Shown here one piece after another: positions 56,802-58,335 of a stretch of DNA of 58,335 bases. The notes beneath the pieces were generated by a model. It was not told the DNA's origin, did not search any database, and worked only from the letters and a program-made list of their open reading frames with translations. Every line of letters starts with the position of its first letter. The stretch's first letter is position 1. The stretch covers positions 1 to 58,335 of the forward strand of contig JACPZA010000031.1 of NCBI GenBank assembly GCA_016195715.1. The letters run 5' to 3'. Source of the DNA: Candidatus Daviesbacteria bacterium (lineage in GTDB: Bacteria > Patescibacteriota > Microgenomatia > Daviesbacterales > UBA10151). Position numbers and translations under genes: made by a program.

Positions 56802-57545
56802 ATGAGCGGACATTCAAAGTGGTCTACAATTAAACGTCAAAAAGGTGCCGCCGATATTAAACGTGGCATGACTTTTACAAAACTTGCTAATGCTATTACT
56901 ATAGCTACTCGTTTGGGTAATTCAGGCGATGTAGATGCCAATCCAAGACTCCGTGTGGCAGTGGACTTGGCAAGAGCTGTTAATATGCCCAAAGAAAATG
57001 TGGAGCGGGCAATAGATAGAGGGCTAGGTAAGTTGGCAGGACAAACACTTGAGGAGGTAATTTATGAGGGGTTTGGTCCAGGCAAAGTGGCTTTTTATAT
57101 CGAGGCAGTTACAGATAATAAAATGAGAACACTGCAAGAGATGAGAAATTTATTTGAAAGATCAGGTGGGAACTTAGGTGGGCAAGGTAGCACCGCTTAT
57201 CTGTTTTCTCAAGTTGGAGAGATAAAAATTAGGACCAAGGGAGCTAGTATTGAAGATGAAATTTTGGAGTTAATTGACTTGGGAGCAGAGGATGTAGAAG
57301 ATTATAAAGATGAGGAAAATTTACAACATTATTTAGTTTACGTAAAAAGCCCAGAATTAAATACTATGAGTAAAAATATTACTCAAGTAGGGTATGAGGT
57401 AGAGAGTGCTGAGATAGTCTATAAACCAACCATGACTGTTGATATCAACGAACCAGAATTAGCCAAAAAGATCTTAGATTTTGCTGGCAAATTAGAAGAG
57501 CATGATGACATTCAAAAAGTTTATACAAACTTTGAGATAGTATGA
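56802..57545 (+). CDS. yebC: YebC/PmpR family protein
   Basis: MSGHSKWSTIKRQK, NPRLR, YEGFGP, TDN..RT, DDIQKVYTN. Confidence 0.97.
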   Translation: MSGHSKWSTIKRQKGAADIKRGMTFTKLANAITIATRLGNSGDVDANPRLRVAVDLARAVNMPKENVERAIDRGLGKLAGQTLEEVIYEGFGPGKVAFYIEAVTDNKMRTLQEMRNLFERSGGNLGGQGSTAYLFSQVGEIKIRTKGASIEDEILELIDLGAEDVEDYKDEENLQHYLVYVKSPELNTMSKNITQVGYEVESAEIVYKPTMTVDINEPELAKKILDFAGKLEEHDDIQKVYTNFEIV

Positions 57546-58093
57546 TAATTTTAGGAATTGATCCTGGTACTGCAACAACTGGATATGGAGTAATTAAAGT
57601 CCCTGATGATATTTTGGGTAGGGAATTTAAGTATGATTTAGAGCTAGTAGATTATGGCTGTATTAGCACTTCCAAAGATGAGATAATGACTAAACGGTTG
57701 GTTACTTTAAATCATGGTATTGAAGGGTTAGTAGAAAAGTTTAAGCCAGATTTAATAGTTATTGAGATGTTGTTTTTTGGAGCAAACACCAGGACGGCAA
57801 TTTCAGTTGGTCAAGCTAGAGGTGTAATTATGCTCTCGGCTGGATTTCATAATGTCCCAATTCAAGAATATACTGGGTTACAAGTTAAATTAATGGTAGC
57901 AGGCTCTGGTAGGGCAGATAAAAAACAAGTTCATGAAAATGTTAGAAGATGGCTTGGAAGAAATGGTAATAAAAGAGCAGAGCTGGTTCATCCGATGATT
58001 GCTGGCAAAAGAAGCAAACAAAAATTTTTGGATGATGCTACAGATGCATTAGCTATTGCCATTTGTCATGTTTTAAAAATTGTTGCTAAATGA
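57542..58093 (+). CDS. ruvC: Holliday junction resolvase
   Basis: ILGIDPG, E.LFF..N, GQARGV, G.ADKKQV, DDATDALAIAICH. Confidence 0.97.
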   Translation: MIILGIDPGTATTGYGVIKVPDDILGREFKYDLELVDYGCISTSKDEIMTKRLVTLNHGIEGLVEKFKPDLIVIEMLFFGANTRTAISVGQARGVIMLSAGFHNVPIQEYTGLQVKLMVAGSGRADKKQVHENVRRWLGRNGNKRAELVHPMIAGKRSKQKFLDDATDALAIAICHVLKIVAK

Positions 58094-58335
58094 GTAATTT
58101 TAAAAAAGTTAGTTTAAAAAAATCTGAAATCTTATTTTCGAAACGTCAAAAAATTGTTATTGCTTCAATATTTATTACTGTTGGCTTATTATTTTTTACT
58201 CAATTAAAGCCCTTATTAATTGCTCAGTATCAATATATTTTAGGATTATCAATTTTGGCTTATTTGCTATCTTTATGGGCACTCTGGGAAGGAATGAGTA
58301 GATTAAAAGCGGTAGTTTTATTAACTTTACCAACT
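58090..58335 (+). CDS. Membrane protein, 3'-truncated by the window
   Basis: ATG overlaps the ruvC stop; open to the end (MSNFKK...SKRQKIVIASIF...LSLWALWEG...LTLPT). Confidence 0.75.
   Translation, partial: MSNFKKVSLKKSEILFSKRQKIVIASIFITVGLLFFTQLKPLLIAQYQYILGLSILAYLLSLWALWEGMSRLKAVVLLTLPT

Noticed and set aside
1-58335. CRISPR array, rRNA, transposase, integrase or prophage genes
   Set aside because: No repeat-spacer periodicity or corresponding protein motifs seen

Overview
AT-rich bacterial window, standard genetic code. Gene content and style suggest a Patescibacteria/CPR (Microgenomates-like) genome; this is inference from the type IV pilus operon, N-truncated PrmC, extended SSB and L31, and many starts with little or no leader and no Shine-Dalgarno site. 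It holds the 3' part of a type IV pilus operon with an embedded TMTC-like glycosyltransferase, housekeeping genes (ychF, rpsF-ssb-rpsR, glmS, prfA-prmC, rpmE, hisS, dnaB, pepA, efp, galU, yebC, ruvC), tRNA-Leu(CAA), two sensor kinase/response regulator modules and tandem HAF-repeat paralogs. The best candidate for an undescribed system is 44117-52099: MIO aromatic ammonia-lyase, PaaK-like adenylating ligase, ThiF enzyme, nitroreductase-fold enzyme, membrane-sensor GAF histidine kinase and receiver protein. I read it as a possible small-molecule (p-coumaroyl amide or oxazolone-like) synthesis-and-sensing circuit. Other highlights: a promoter-driven structured RNA of about 200-270 nt with tandem terminators and alternative pairing (30757-31027, minus), a second structured leader (37758-37838), a 41-aa basic ORF missing from the ORF track, a 1-nt frameshift in a HAF signal peptide, a 56-bp identical tract between the HAF paralogs, and a catalytically degenerate Lgt. 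All family calls come from motif recognition by eye; no database search or folding program was run.
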